63,873 bases of DNA, filler included, from Octopus bimaculoides (GCF_001194135.2; 5 parts of 5 records of this genome joined end to end with filler, not necessarily neighbours in it), one strand, 5' to 3'; counted from the first letter of the whole stretch, positions 1-11,879 are shown. The notes: generated from the sequence alone by a model not told the origin. A program made the numbers and translations.

Positions 1-365
1 TGGTTAGCGCAGCGGACTCGCGGTCATAGGATCGCGGTTTCGATTCCCAGACCGGGCGTTGTGAGTGTTTATTGAGCGAAAACACCTAAAGCTCCATGAG
101 ACTCCGGCAGGGGATGGTGGCGAACCCTTCTGTACTCTTTCACCACAATTTTCTCTCACTCTTACTTCCTGTTTCTGTTGTGCCTGTAATTCAAAGGGTC
201 AGCCTTGTCACACTGTGTCACGCTGAATATCCCCGAGAACTACGTTAAGGGTACACATGTCTGTGGAGTGCTCAGCCACTTGCACGTTAATTTCACGAGC
301 AGGCAGTTCCGTTTATCGGATCAACTGAAACCCTCGACGACGTAAGAGACGGAGTGCCAACAACA
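1..365 (+). mobile_element. tRNA-derived SINE (family C), 5' end cut by window edge
   Basis: A-box-like TGGTTAGCGCAGCGG and B-box-like GGTTTCGATTCC at the start, ~360 bp non-coding body ending GGAGTGCCAACAAC; related head at 22667. Confidence 0.8.
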
Positions 366-807
366 AATTAAAGACTGGTACAATTCGTGGGATTGAACCC
401 GAAACTACATGACTGCAAAGTTCTATGAAATATTATTTGTAATACAGAGTTTATTATTTTCTTTTCAGTTTTACGAGTTATTGATAAGAGGAGTTGAATG
501 CCTGCAAGACTTCACAGCTCTAGCATCACGCCTTCATTGTCAGCTTCTGAAAACTTTTTAACCCATTCTCGTAGGTACGACTTTCATTTGAAATTGATCA
601 ACATGATCGAACATATATTAATCGCAAGGTTCAATTAATTACATTTATCTATTAAAATTCTTCACTTACCATAATTTCCTGAGCCTACAAAATCATGTCA
701 GTGTTTTCAAACTTCTTTATGGTGAATGGATATTTCAACTCGTCCTCCTCTGTAAATAACAAACAACGAAAAATACTGTTAAACAACAACAATAATAAGA
801 ATTTTCC

Positions 808-829
808 TTTCTATCTTTCTTTCTTTCTG

Positions 830-877
<48 letters not shown>

Positions 878-878
878 T

Positions 879-930
<52 letters not shown>

Positions 931-932
931 TC
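808..932. repeat. (TTTC)n microsatellite running into a gap
   Basis: Direct reading. Confidence 0.95.
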
Positions 933-2600
933 NNNNNNNNNNNNNNNNNNNNNNNNNNNNNNNNNNNNNNNNNNNNNNNNNNNNNNNNNNNNNNNNNNNN
1001 NNNNNNNNNNNNNNNNNNNNNNNNNNNNNNNNNNNNNNNNNNNNNNNNNNNNNNNNNNNNNNNNNNNNNNNNNNNNNNNNNNNNNNNNNNNNNNNNNNNN
1101 NNNNNNNNNNNNNNNNNNNNNNNNNNNNNNNNNNNNNNNNNNNNNNNNNNNNNNNNNNNNNNNNNNNNNNNNNNNNNNNNNNNNNNNNNNNNNNNNNNNN
1201 NNNNNNNNNNNNNNNNNNNNNNNNNNNNNNNNNNNNNNNNNNNNNNNNNNNNNNNNNNNNNNNNNNNNNNNNNNNNNNNNNNNNNNNNNNNNNNNNNNNN
1301 NNNNNNNNNNNNNNNNNNNNNNNNNNNNNNNNNNNNNNNNNNNNNNNNNNNNNNNNNNNNNNNNNNNNNNNNNNNNNNNNNNNNNNNNNNNNNNNNNNNN
1401 NNNNNNNNNNNNNNNNNNNNNNNNNNNNNNNNNNNNNNNNNNNNNNNNNNNNNNNNNNNNNNNNNNNNNNNNNNNNNNNNNNNNNNNNNNNNNNNNNNNN
1501 NNNNNNNNNNNNNNNNNNNNNNNNNNNNNNNNNNNNNNNNNNNNNNNNNNNNNNNNNNNNNNNNNNNNNNNNNNNNNNNNNNNNNNNNNNNNNNNNNNNN
1601 NNNNNNNNNNNNNNNNNNNNNNNNNNNNNNNNNNNNNNNNNNNNNNNNNNNNNNNNNNNNNNNNNNNNNNNNNNNNNNNTATATATATATATATGTATGT
1701 ATGTATTTACTTCTCCGGAAAAGAGAAAAGAAATTAAGAAGAGAAAGCAGAAAAGAAATAAGCACATAGTGAACTCTTTGACGATGTTTGTTAGTACAGC
1801 GACATTCGCTAAGCACACCAGAGAAATAAACAAAATACACAGCCACTCCATCAATCTAGTATGAAAGACAACTGCCTAGTTATTTAACACAATACAAAGT
1901 AGATAAATTCAGAAAAAAACCTTCCACATGTTTCCCAAAATTTCAAACACAAAATAACCATCCAAATCAACCTTCTAATAGTAAATTTTGTGAATGTAGT
2001 ATTAAATCTAATCAAGGGAAAAGACCATCTTAAAGGAGTGGTGTCCAATATAAACACATCTGACACAATTTGAACGATTCTTCTATCGCGCAATTGCTTG
2101 TTACTAGAAAAAGGTAACGGTGAGATTTAGTCAAAGGTTTTATAATTTCTTCCGATTTATCAACATATACCAATTTATTGAATGTTTATTTCAGCGCAAC
2201 AAACTGACAAAATTGATACTGTTGTTATTGTCATTTAATACCAAATCATCTCTCATTAAGCCAACCTAAAATAAATGAAAGCCATTTCAACTGTTATCAA
2301 CCCACCTCATATTCGGACACAAAGTATTTTCACGTAAAGTTATCCAATATGTCATAGAAAGCGGAGTAACGTAGACTCAGCAACTACCTCGACGGTTGCT
2401 TGATAGCTGCAAATGTCAGTTTTATTCGAGAGGCCGCTTTAGTCGAATGACTGTATCCTTTATTTACTACAATATTACTAATACCGCATTACATTCCTTC
2501 ATCTTAATAAAGGAAATATATGTTTTATTTCACACGATCTTTGCCCTTCCATATTTTCCCATGTTTCCATTCACACATACAGTCTTTTTTCTCTCTTTCA

Positions 2601-2601
2601 T

Positions 2602-2662
<61 letters not shown>

Positions 2663-2789
2663 CATACATGATCGTCAGAAGTATAGGCAAAGTACTCATG
2701 CTCTCCGTCAGCAAGAATGTTCTTTATGTTTATGGGTTTGTGTGAAAAACATTAAAGAGCTCAATATAAAGTTGCACTACATATGTGTG

Positions 2790-2878
<89 letters not shown>

Positions 2879-2945
2879 ATGTATGTATGTATGTATGTAT
2901 GTATGCATGTATATATTTACCTATTATATATATATATATATATAT
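2601..2945. repeat. (CT)n, then compound (TATC)n(TGTC)n(TATG)n(TA)n microsatellites
   Basis: Direct reading. Confidence 0.95.
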
Positions 2946-4349
2946 NNNNNNNNNNNNNNNNNNNNNNNNNNNNNNNNNNNNNNNNNNNNNNNNNNNNNNN
3001 NNNNNNNNNNNNNNNNNNNNNNNNNNNNNNNNNNNNNNNNNNNNNNNNNNNNNNNNNNNNNNNNNNNNNNNNNNNNNNNNNNNNNNNNNNNNNNNNNNNN
3101 NNNNNNNNNNNNNNNNNNNNNNNNNNNNNNNNNNNNNNNNNNNNNNNNNNNNNNNNNNNNNNNNNNNNNNNNNNNNNNNNNNNNNNNNNNNNNNNNNNNN
3201 NNNNNNNNNNNNNNNNNNNNNNNNNNNNNNNNNNNNNNNNNNNNNNNNNNNNNNNNNNNNNNNNNNNNNNNNNNNNNNNNNNNNNNNNNNNNNNNNNNNN
3301 NNNNNNNNNNNNNNNNNNNNNNNNNNNNNNNNNNNNNNNNNNNNNNNNNNNNNNNNNNNNNNNNNNNNNNNNNNNNNNNNNNNNNNNNNNNNNNNNNNNN
3401 NNNNNNNNNNNNNNNNNNNNNNNNNNNNNNNNNNNNNNNNNNNNNNNNNNNNNNNNNNNNNNNNNNNNNNNNNNNNNNNNNNNNNNNNNNNNNNNNNNNN
3501 NNNNNNNNNNNNNNNNNNNNNNNNNNNNNNNNNNNNNNNNNNNNNNNNNNNNNNNNNNNNNNNNNNNNNNNNNNNNNNNNNNNNNNNNNNNNNNNNNNNN
3601 NNNNNNNNNNNNNNNNNNNNNNNNNNNNNNNNNNNNNNNNNNNNNNNNNNNNNNNNNNNNNNNNNNNNNNNNNNNNNNNNNNNNNNNNNNNNNNNNNNNN
3701 NNNNNNNNNNNNNNNNNNNNNNNNNNNNNNNNNNNNNNNNNNNNNNNNNNNNNNNNNNNNNNNNNNNNNNGTCTTTTACTTGATTCTGCACTTGTTTGTG
3801 ATCATGTTGAGGCACCATAAATATATAAAAAGAGAGAGAAAGGGAAAGAGAGGGGAAAGTGGGAGAGAGAGAGAGATAGGGGGTGGGGTAGAGATTTTGT
3901 ATTTGATTGCAAATCACTAGTTGTAGTTTGTTCTTTAGATTAAGCAGATATCAGTCATCACAATGAAAATGCATTTTGCAGACAAATAAATATAATATAT
4001 TAATTAGTCACACATGTATATATATATTCTATCGAGAAAAAACAACAACATATGTATATATTAATAAATGTTGTTGAAGGAAGTGTTTGTTGCTTTGTTG
4101 TGAAACAATTTTTGTGTTATAATCTCAAGAGAGAACATTCGAGTGTAGCAGCCAATGAATCGTGATGTCAACAATGTTGGATCTTATCAGCCTCCTCGAT
4201 TCAGATAGAATTATGTGTTCTCTATCAAAATAGATCATCTAGTGGCGCACATCTAATGTTCGAGTGAAATTAAATAACATACCATGAAGCTTATGAATTA
4301 ATTAATTCTGAGAAATATGAGTAACCTTGCACTTAATTTAGTTGAAGGG

Positions 4350-4700
4350 TGAATTATATACTACGAAGAACCGAACATGTAAACAGTGAGTCAACCAGCC
4401 GGCACAGCGTACAGGCAACTGCTGAGCTGTGAACGGGTGACATTGAGACCGTTATTGGCAGACGATCCTCGACTTACACGTGATTCAGTGAACGTGTGTT
4501 TAGTGAACTTGGTGATTTGTTGCAAGGGTTAAACAGTGAAGGGTTCTCAAACTGGGAAATACATCTGTTGCAACAGGCCTGTGCGAGAAAATTGCTTGAG
4601 TTACTGCTAATCTATCCAAGATGATCCCCAAACGGGATGAACCTCCATGAAAACAACGGCGATTACATTGCAAAACTGAACGTGCTGTAATCCATGATGA
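4350..4700 (+). mobile_element. Possible highly degraded, internally deleted mariner-like element
   Basis: End reads HENNGDYIAK, resembling mariner C-termini (xxNGDYxE); GATCCTCGACTTAC resembles the DPRxT helix-turn-helix segment; no clear TIRs. Confidence 0.3.
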
Positions 4701-4736
4701 TTGTCACCTAATTTTTTTAACTTTTTACTTTTTCCA

Positions 4737-4900
4737 GTCAGTGGATAACGACCATGCTTGGGTATTGACCTCGAGGGTTGAGTCGAACAAACCGTATCCA
4801 GTCCTTATTATTTTCAAGTTTGGTACTTACTCCATCGGTCACTTTTCCTAAACCGATAAGTTACGGTGACGTAAACAAACCAATACCGGTTGTGAAATCT
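4737..4900 (-). mobile_element. SINE family A, 3' portion
   Basis: Similar to the reverse complement of the family A tail at 8695-8880 and 16065-16250. Confidence 0.7.
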
Positions 4901-5382
4901 TATGCGAATCACCACAAAGATACGGACATATACAAAAAGATTTCGTACAGTTTCCATCTGCTAGGCATTATTAATCCCGAAGTTATAGCAGAAGAAACTT
5001 GTTGAAGTTTCCNNNNNNNNNNNNNNNNNNNNNNNNNNNNNNNNNNNNNNNNNNNNNNNNNNNNNNNNNNNNNNNNNNNNNNNNNNNNNNNNNNNNNNNN
5101 NNNNNNNNNNNNNNNNNNNNNNNNNNNNNNNNNNNNNNNNNNNNNNNNNNNNNNNNNNNNNNNNNNNNNNNNNNNNNNNNNNNNNNNNNNNNNNNNNNNN
5201 NNNNNNNNNNNNNNNNNNNNNNNNNNNNNNNNNNNNNNNNNNNNNNNNNNNNNNNNNNNNNNNNNNNNNNNNNNNNNNNNNNATATAATTATATATACTC
5301 TAAATTCAAATAAGTTATCATTATCTATAAAAATTAGTAATAAATTGGCCCGCAAACATAATCCAAATATTCAAAATATATG

Positions 5383-5858
5383 TTAAAATCAGGGTACAAT
5401 ATGTACCTGTTTGCTTGAAAGAAGAATAAAACTCTCCAAAATCATGTATCTCTCACCATATGTAAATAGGTTTGCTGGCCAGTGTATCATTATTTTGTAT
5501 AGATAATGAATAATTATTTGAATTTTGACTTTATACTTGCGCACTAATGTTCGTTTGGAAGTCGCGGAGCCTTCAGTTGAACAAACGCGCACGGAAAGGT
5601 AAATATATTTTTAAAAAATAGTTTACACAGTGAGTCAAGCTGACGAGCTTTTAGTGTCAATTCGAGAAAGACAGCGAAATCAATTGATCCCGGGATATCT
5701 AGCCTCCTGTTTGTAGATTTACAAACTGGAAGAACCGTTTTTCTAAATGTATTTGCTACATTCTCCGTGCGTGTTTACATATAGTGAGAGATACGTGGTT
5801 TTGGAGAGTTTTATTCGTCTTTCAAGCAAACAGGTACATATTGTACTCTCACTTTTAA
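5383..5858. mobile_element. Foldback MITE with ~80-bp terminal inverted repeats and TTAA at both ends (Kolobok-like)
   Basis: 5391-5466 is the near-perfect reverse complement of 5774-5849; TTAA at 5383-5386 and 5855-5858; inner termini are purine-rich (AATCAGGG / AAGTGAGAG), not the CCC of piggyBac. Confidence 0.7.
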
Positions 5859-5892
5859 CGCACACACACACGCGCGCGCACGCACACACACA

Positions 5893-5940
<48 letters not shown>

Positions 5941-5942
<2 letters not shown>

Positions 5943-6558
5943 TAAAAAATAGTGGCATAACAAGGCACCAATGTTTGCTGGAAATAGCAGTCTATAACAG
6001 TACGACGTTATGTAAAGCTTCAGTAAATGTATAGAGGCAAAGATGAGAAATGGACAACCTAGAATGGATAATCTAGTACTCGAGTTTTGTTATCGTAAAT
6101 CTGCTGGAAAATATTACTATAATATTGTAATAATATTTATAATTTTTATATAAAATCTTTCACTGATCTCGGTTCTGTTTATGGTTAGGCTTATCAGCCG
6201 GATTTACAAGCATTTCGACTTAGGTGAACCTAGCTGAAGAAGACTGACCAGATTTACAATAATAAACGTATTCTGGAAAGTCCGAAACTCGTGTACTAGG
6301 TTATCCATTCTAGGTTGTCCGTTTCTTCGTCGTTCTTCCTAGTGGTAAGACAAAAAATTTTTATGTTCGCCGTCCACACATACCTTTGCCACTAAACATT
6401 CGGTGAAGCTTTACATAGCGTCGTACGGTTATCGACTGGTATTTCCAGCAAACATTGCTGTTTTGTTGTGCCACTATTTCCTATTTATAATACTACCTTT
6501 ACGGTGCTTTATTTTGCTGGAAAATAATACTATTATATTGTAATAATATTTATAATTG
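5941..6558 (+). mobile_element. Non-coding hammerhead-bearing retroelement (Penelope pLTR/retrozyme-like): inverted partial copy + ~415-bp unit + terminal direct repeat
   Basis: TGCTGGAAAATA.TACTAT.ATATTGTAATAATATTTATAATT at ~6101-6143 and ~6517-6558; 5941-6086 is an inverted copy of ~6284-6486 with an internal deletion; hammerhead at 6227-6302. Confidence 0.7.
6227..6302 (+). ncRNA. Type I hammerhead ribozyme motif
   Basis: Stem I AACCTAG(6227-33)/CTAGGTT(6296-6302); core CTGAAGA(6234-40); stem II GACT/AGTC with inner CCAGA/TCTGG; GAAAC(6284-88); stem III AC-tcgt-GT; predicted cleavage after GUA at 6295; A.C mismatch at 10.1/11.1. Confidence 0.75.
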
Positions 6559-6561
6559 ATA

Positions 6562-6611
<50 letters not shown>

Positions 6612-6616
6612 ATTTA

Positions 6617-6813
6617 TTAAAGCCGAAAATATTGTCACGAACTGTTACTCAGAGGTTTCACGTGAGCATTCGTCAGATAGATGTGATATTACTGAATAAT
6701 GTAAATTTATAACAATTTTATAAAACTTCATTGCCCTGAATCATAATAGCTGTCTGACGAACGGTCACATGAAACTCTCGGTAACATTTTTTTCAAGTTT
6801 TTATCGGTTTTAA
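6617..6813. mobile_element. ~200-bp imperfect palindrome / foldback MITE flanked by TTAA
   Basis: Left arm TGTTACTCAGAGGTTTCACGTGAGCATTCGTCAGATAG mirrors the reverse complement of the right arm TGTTACCGAGAGTTTCATGTGACCGTTCGTCAGACAG; TTAA at 6617-20 and 6810-13. Confidence 0.7.
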
Positions 6814-6965
6814 TGAAATAGTATTTTGCTCTGCCCTTTGGTGTTCTAATGCTATTTTTTTTTACCTTGTTTTGCACCTTTGTGCTTACTTGTGTGTACG
6901 TGCGTGTGCATGTGTTTGTGTATGTGTGTGTGTGTATGTATACAGATGCATAAGACATTATACGC

Positions 6966-7035
<70 letters not shown>

Positions 7036-7077
7036 GGCGAACTGGCAGAAACGTTAGCACGCCGGGCGAAATGCTTA
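7036..7077 (+). mobile_element. SINE family B head, cut by gap
   Basis: GGCGAACTGGCAGAAACGTTAGCACGCCGGGCGAAATGCTTA, same head as 15155, 32869, 43910, 54200. Confidence 0.8.
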
Positions 7078-7870
7078 NNNNNNNNNNNNNNNNNNNNNNN
7101 NNNNNNNNNNNNNNNNNNNNNNNNNNNNNNNNNNNNNNNNNNNNNNNNNNNNNNNNNNNNNNNNNNNNNNNNNNNNNNNNNNNNNNNNNNNNNNNNNNNN
7201 NNNNNNNNNNNNNNNNNNNNNNNNNNNNNNNNNNNNNNNNNNNNNNNNNNNNNNNNNNNNNNNNNNNNNNNNNNNNNNNNNNNNNNNNNNNNNNNNNNNN
7301 NNNNNNNNNNNNNNNNNNNNNNNNNNNNNNNNNNNNNNNNNNNNNNNNNNNNNNNNNNNNNNNNNNNNNNNNNNNNNNNNNNNNNNNNNNNNNNNNNNNN
7401 NNNNNNNNNNNNNNNNNNNNNNNNNNNNNNNNNNNNNNNNNNNNNNNNNNNNNNNNNNNNNNNNNNNNNNNNNNNNNNNNNNNNNNNNNNNNNNNNNNNN
7501 NNNNNNNNNNNNNNNNNNNNNNNNNNNNNNNNNNNNNNNNNNNNNNNNNNNNNNNNNNNNNNNNNNNNNNNNNNNNNNNNNNNNNNNNNNNNNNNNNNNN
7601 NNNNNNNNNNNNNNNNNNNNNNNNNNNNNNNNNNNNNNNNNNNNNNNNNNNNNNNNNNNNNNNNNNNNNNNNNNNNNNNNNNNNNNNNNNNNNNNNNNNN
7701 NNNNNNNNNNNNNNNNNNNNNNNNNNNNNNNNNNNNNNNNNNNNNNNNNNNNNNNNNNNNNNNNNNNNNNNNNNNNNNNNNNNNNNNNNNNNNNNNNNNN
7801 NNNNNNNNNNNNNNNNNNNNNNNNNNNNNNNNNNNNNNNNNNNNNNNNNNNNNNNNNNNNNNNNNNNNNN

Positions 7871-8056
7871 ATGGGAGAATGTACGAAAAAACAACAACAG
7901 ACGAGGACAGGTGGTGTAAACAACAAAAGGATGTATTAGTATGACGCTCGGGAATACGGAAAGTCTTTAACGTTTCGAGCTACGCTCTTCAACAGAAAGA
8001 ATACGGAGACAAGGAGAAAAACACGGAGAAAAAAAATTGAATAGTGTTCAGTCAAT
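7871..8056 (-). mobile_element. Short non-coding repeat carrying a minimal hammerhead-like motif (same family as 37957-38051)
   Basis: Reverse complement near-identical to 37957-38051; motif TCTTT-CTGTTGA-A-GAGC-gta-GCTC-GAAAC-GTT-AAAGA at 8000-7964. Confidence 0.75.
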
Positions 8057-8067
8057 ATATATATATA

Positions 8068-8199
8068 TGACGGGCTTCTTTCAGTTTCCGCCTGCCAAAT
8101 CCACTCACAAGACTTTCGTAGGCCCGAGGCTACAGTAGAAGATACTTGCCCAAATAGTTGAACCCTGAACCATGTGGCTAAGGAGTAAGCTTCTTACTC
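8068..8199 (-). mobile_element. SINE family A, 5' portion
   Basis: GACGGGCTTCTTTCAGTTTCCG...AAATCCACTCACAAG...AGTAGAAGATACTTGCCCAA matches the reverse complement of the family A head. Confidence 0.8.
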
Positions 8200-8294
8200 T
8201 GTGTTTGTGTGTGTGTGTGTGTGTGCGTGTGCGTGTGCGTGCGTGCGTGTGTTAGTGTGTGTATGTTTATACATGCACATGCATGCATACATTG

Positions 8295-8880
<586 letters not shown>

Positions 8881-9011
8881 ATAAAATGCGAAAAATGTGT
8901 GTATGTATGCGCGTGTGCAGATACAAACATAATCCCCAACAAACACACACGTATGCATACTAATACATAAACACACACACATACACACATAGAATAGTAC
9001 TTTGTTTCTCG

Positions 9012-9012
9012 C

Positions 9013-9047
<35 letters not shown>

Positions 9048-9491
9048 AAGAAGAAGTTTGGCGTGGTAATGGTGATGGTGGTGGTGGTGGTGGTGCTGGG
9101 AGACGGACTGGTCGTGGCAATGCAATGGTTGTTGGTATGCATTCAATATTCTATCAGGCAGGGCCTTTCTTCATTGCATTGATATGTTCCTCAACAGCAG
9201 CAGCTGTAGTAGTAACAACAACAACAACAACAAGACGATCATTCTTATTATGTGACGCGATGCCATTCATTGTGACGCGATGTTAGCCACCATTACCCCC
9301 ACCCCACCAACTCACTCCACTCGTTTACTCTAACCCTCCCCTCCCCCTTCCCGACTGACGTTCACATATATCTTCGAGTGTGAGTGAAAGGTGTGAGTGG
9401 AATGACGTCCTCATTTTACTGGTAATAAAGGTCGCGGTATTCATAATGAAGTAGTAGTAGTAGTAATAGTAGTAGTAGTAGTAGTTGTAGT

Positions 9492-9523
<32 letters not shown>

Positions 9524-9552
9524 TAGTAGTAGTTGTTGTTGTTGTTGTTGTT
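9012..9552. repeat. Compound trinucleotide microsatellites (GTA, GGT, GCA, ACA, GTT)
   Basis: Direct reading. Confidence 0.9.
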
Positions 9553-9625
9553 CAGTCACCAGGTCAACGCTGACGAAATTATCTTACAACCAAAGACATT
9601 CCAGCCGTGACCGTCCTGTCTTTCC
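9545..9625 (-). mobile_element. Short retroposon 3'-end family F with (AAC)n tail
   Basis: (GTT)n...CCAAAGACATTCCAGCCGTGACCGTCCTGTCTTT; related to 24935-25020, 27620-27699, 27990-28110, 28200-28420, 29575-29670, 29905-29985. Confidence 0.6.
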
Positions 9626-10014
9626 CTCGAATATAATGAAATCAGTACCACGTTATCTGATGTGTACTTTTCTACGATAGTAAGGTATGATTTGAGGGAG
9701 AAATGGTTGCTATTTCTCGCTGACTGAGCGACTACGTAGCGCTCCCCCCTTCCCACTTTGGATAGTTATTGTTGCTGTTGGTGGTGGTGGATTATGACAA
9801 CGCCAAAAAGTGGGACGGTGGAGAAAAACTGAGAGGAGAAACGGAGTGAGTGTATGTGTGTGTGTGAGACAAAGAGAGAGTGCGAGAAAAAGAGTGTGAG
9901 AGCGAGAGAAAGCGATAAAAAAAAAGATTGAGAGAGAACGTATATGGCAGGGCGAAGACAGAGTGGCTTGTAAATTAGATTCCACAGTAAGTGTATAAGA
10001 GAAGAAACACAGAA

Positions 10015-10200
<186 letters not shown>

Positions 10201-10287
10201 TAAAATGGATAGAGATTGGGAGGTGGGAGGGAGGGTATCATCATGTGACATAGAGTTGTGAAGTTTATGAAGACAACGAAGGAATGC

Positions 10288-10295
10288 TTACGTCA
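10288..10295 (+). promoter_or_regulatory. CRE/ATF-like site TTACGTCA (TGACGTAA on -)
   Basis: bZIP CRE-variant octamer ~210 bp upstream of the candidate ATG, in unique non-repeat sequence. Confidence 0.35.
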
Positions 10296-10500
10296 TCAGA
10301 GGAATTTCAAGTATTTCTTTCGAAACATTCCACTCTCTCCTACGCAATATATTCAATAAAATCACTTCTTTTCTTTGTGAATGTGCGCGTGTGTGCTTGT
10401 ATCTATGCCTGATTATTTATTTATCCATTCATTCATTCATTCATTCATTCATAGAATTCATTCATCTTTCTACTACATCGGCGACGCTTAGTGTTGAGAA

Positions 10501-10509
10501 ATGGTTGAG
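10501..10509 (+). CDS. Candidate first coding exon (Met-Val-Glu) of an unidentified gene, followed by a phase-0 intron
   Basis: GAGAA-ATG-GTT-GAG|GTAAGC: A at -3, G at +4, near-consensus donor AG|GTAAG; CpG-retaining unique flank; no downstream exon identified. Confidence 0.5.
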
Positions 10510-11269
10510 GTAAGCCTTCCTCTCCTCCACCGCGTGTGCCGCGTTGCTGAGGCATAACGATAAAATAATACTATTTCACATATTGCCATTTTGGAAGAAT
10601 TTTCACTTCACCCACGCCGGTTGTTACCACGTTTGAGAAAGGAATCATAATTATACTTTATATTTAACAAACTCCTCGCTCACCTTCATTCTCCTCCCCC
10701 CATCCATATTTCTCAAATATAGGGTATTTTTCTGTTACATGAAAGAAAGCAGTCTGAGAAACTACATTTATGCAAAGGAATTCTTGGTTGGTGAGGTTAA
10801 AATGTAGGTTATATTTCTATGAAAGAGTTGTGTGTGCGGGTGTGTGAGCGGGGGGTATAAAATATAGGTAACATCTCTGTAAAAGAATTGTAGTGGGTGG
10901 GTTTAAAATATAGGTAAAATTTCTGTGAAGGAATTTTGGTTTCTAGGTTAAAAATACAGTTAATATTTTTGTAGAGAAATTTTGGTGGTTTCTTATTAAA
11001 ATATAGTTAATATTTCTGTGAAGGAATTTTGGTGTTTTCTTTTCCTTCTTTACATACCATGCCTACAGGCACCCTTCTATCGTTCACCTTCTGTCCCACA
11101 AACAACTTTGCAAGTTATTGGGGTTATTGATATATTAGTAAGATGAATGAATGTATGAATAAACGAATGTGTCATTGAATGAAGAAATACACAATGAAGC
11201 ACACATGCACATACATACATTCACAAAGAAAAGAAATGGTTTTATTCACTTGTTAAAGTCATCAATATA

Positions 11270-11481
11270 CAGGGTGTCCACAAAGTCTGGGTACATGGAG
11301 TAAATAAAGCCATAACATAAACAATTAAATATAAGAAGTAATCATTTCTTAAAGTATGTGTTAATCCCCATGTGGGTACATGGAGTAAATAAAATCATAA
11401 TATAAACAATTAAATAAAAGAAATAATAATTTCTTAAGGTATGTGTTAATCCCCATGTACCCAGACTTTGTGGATACCCTG
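11270..11481. mobile_element. Tc1/mariner-type MITE with TA target duplication and an internal 85-bp tandem duplication
   Basis: TA|CAGGGTGTCCACAAAGTCTGGGTACATGG ... CCATGTACCCAGACTTTGTGGATACCCTG|TA; units 11289-11373 and 11374-11458. Confidence 0.9.
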
Positions 11482-11499
11482 TATTTTCTCTCTGTCTTC

Positions 11500-11735
11500 T
11501 TTTGCTTTTCGGTTTTCCAGTTCTCGCTGTTCTTTTGCCTCCTTATATTTTGAAGAAGTTTTCTAATGATTTCTGCTAAACTAAGGACTTCACTGTTTGT
11601 TACTCTATATGTTATCTTGAGCAAACATCTAAAGGAACAGATTTCTGCAGCTTTGATAAGCTGTCGCAAGTGTGTGCTGATGTTCCAGCTAACAAAACTA
11701 TATATAAGGGTCGGTCCTTTTTGCACACTTTAATT
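11500..11735 (-). mobile_element. RTE-clade LINE fragment, post-RT region
   Basis: AAEICSFRCLLKITYRVTNSEVLSLAEIIRKLLQNIRRQK resembles the RTE/BovB AAEMWFLRRMLRISW-RVTNEEVL motif. Confidence 0.7.
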
Positions 11736-11879
11736 GATAACCGTTTATTTGACAATTTGTGCCTCATCTTCAGAAAACAGCCTCGGCCTATCTTAATCCT
11801 TGACTAAATTTCATTAGTTTTACCCATGTCATATAATTATAGTTACTTTACATTTAAAGCTAGCGACTTTCTATAGCAC

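Noticed and set aside
1-60. tRNA gene
   Set aside because: It has A/B boxes but no complete cloverleaf and continues into a SINE body; the same holds for the other SINE heads.
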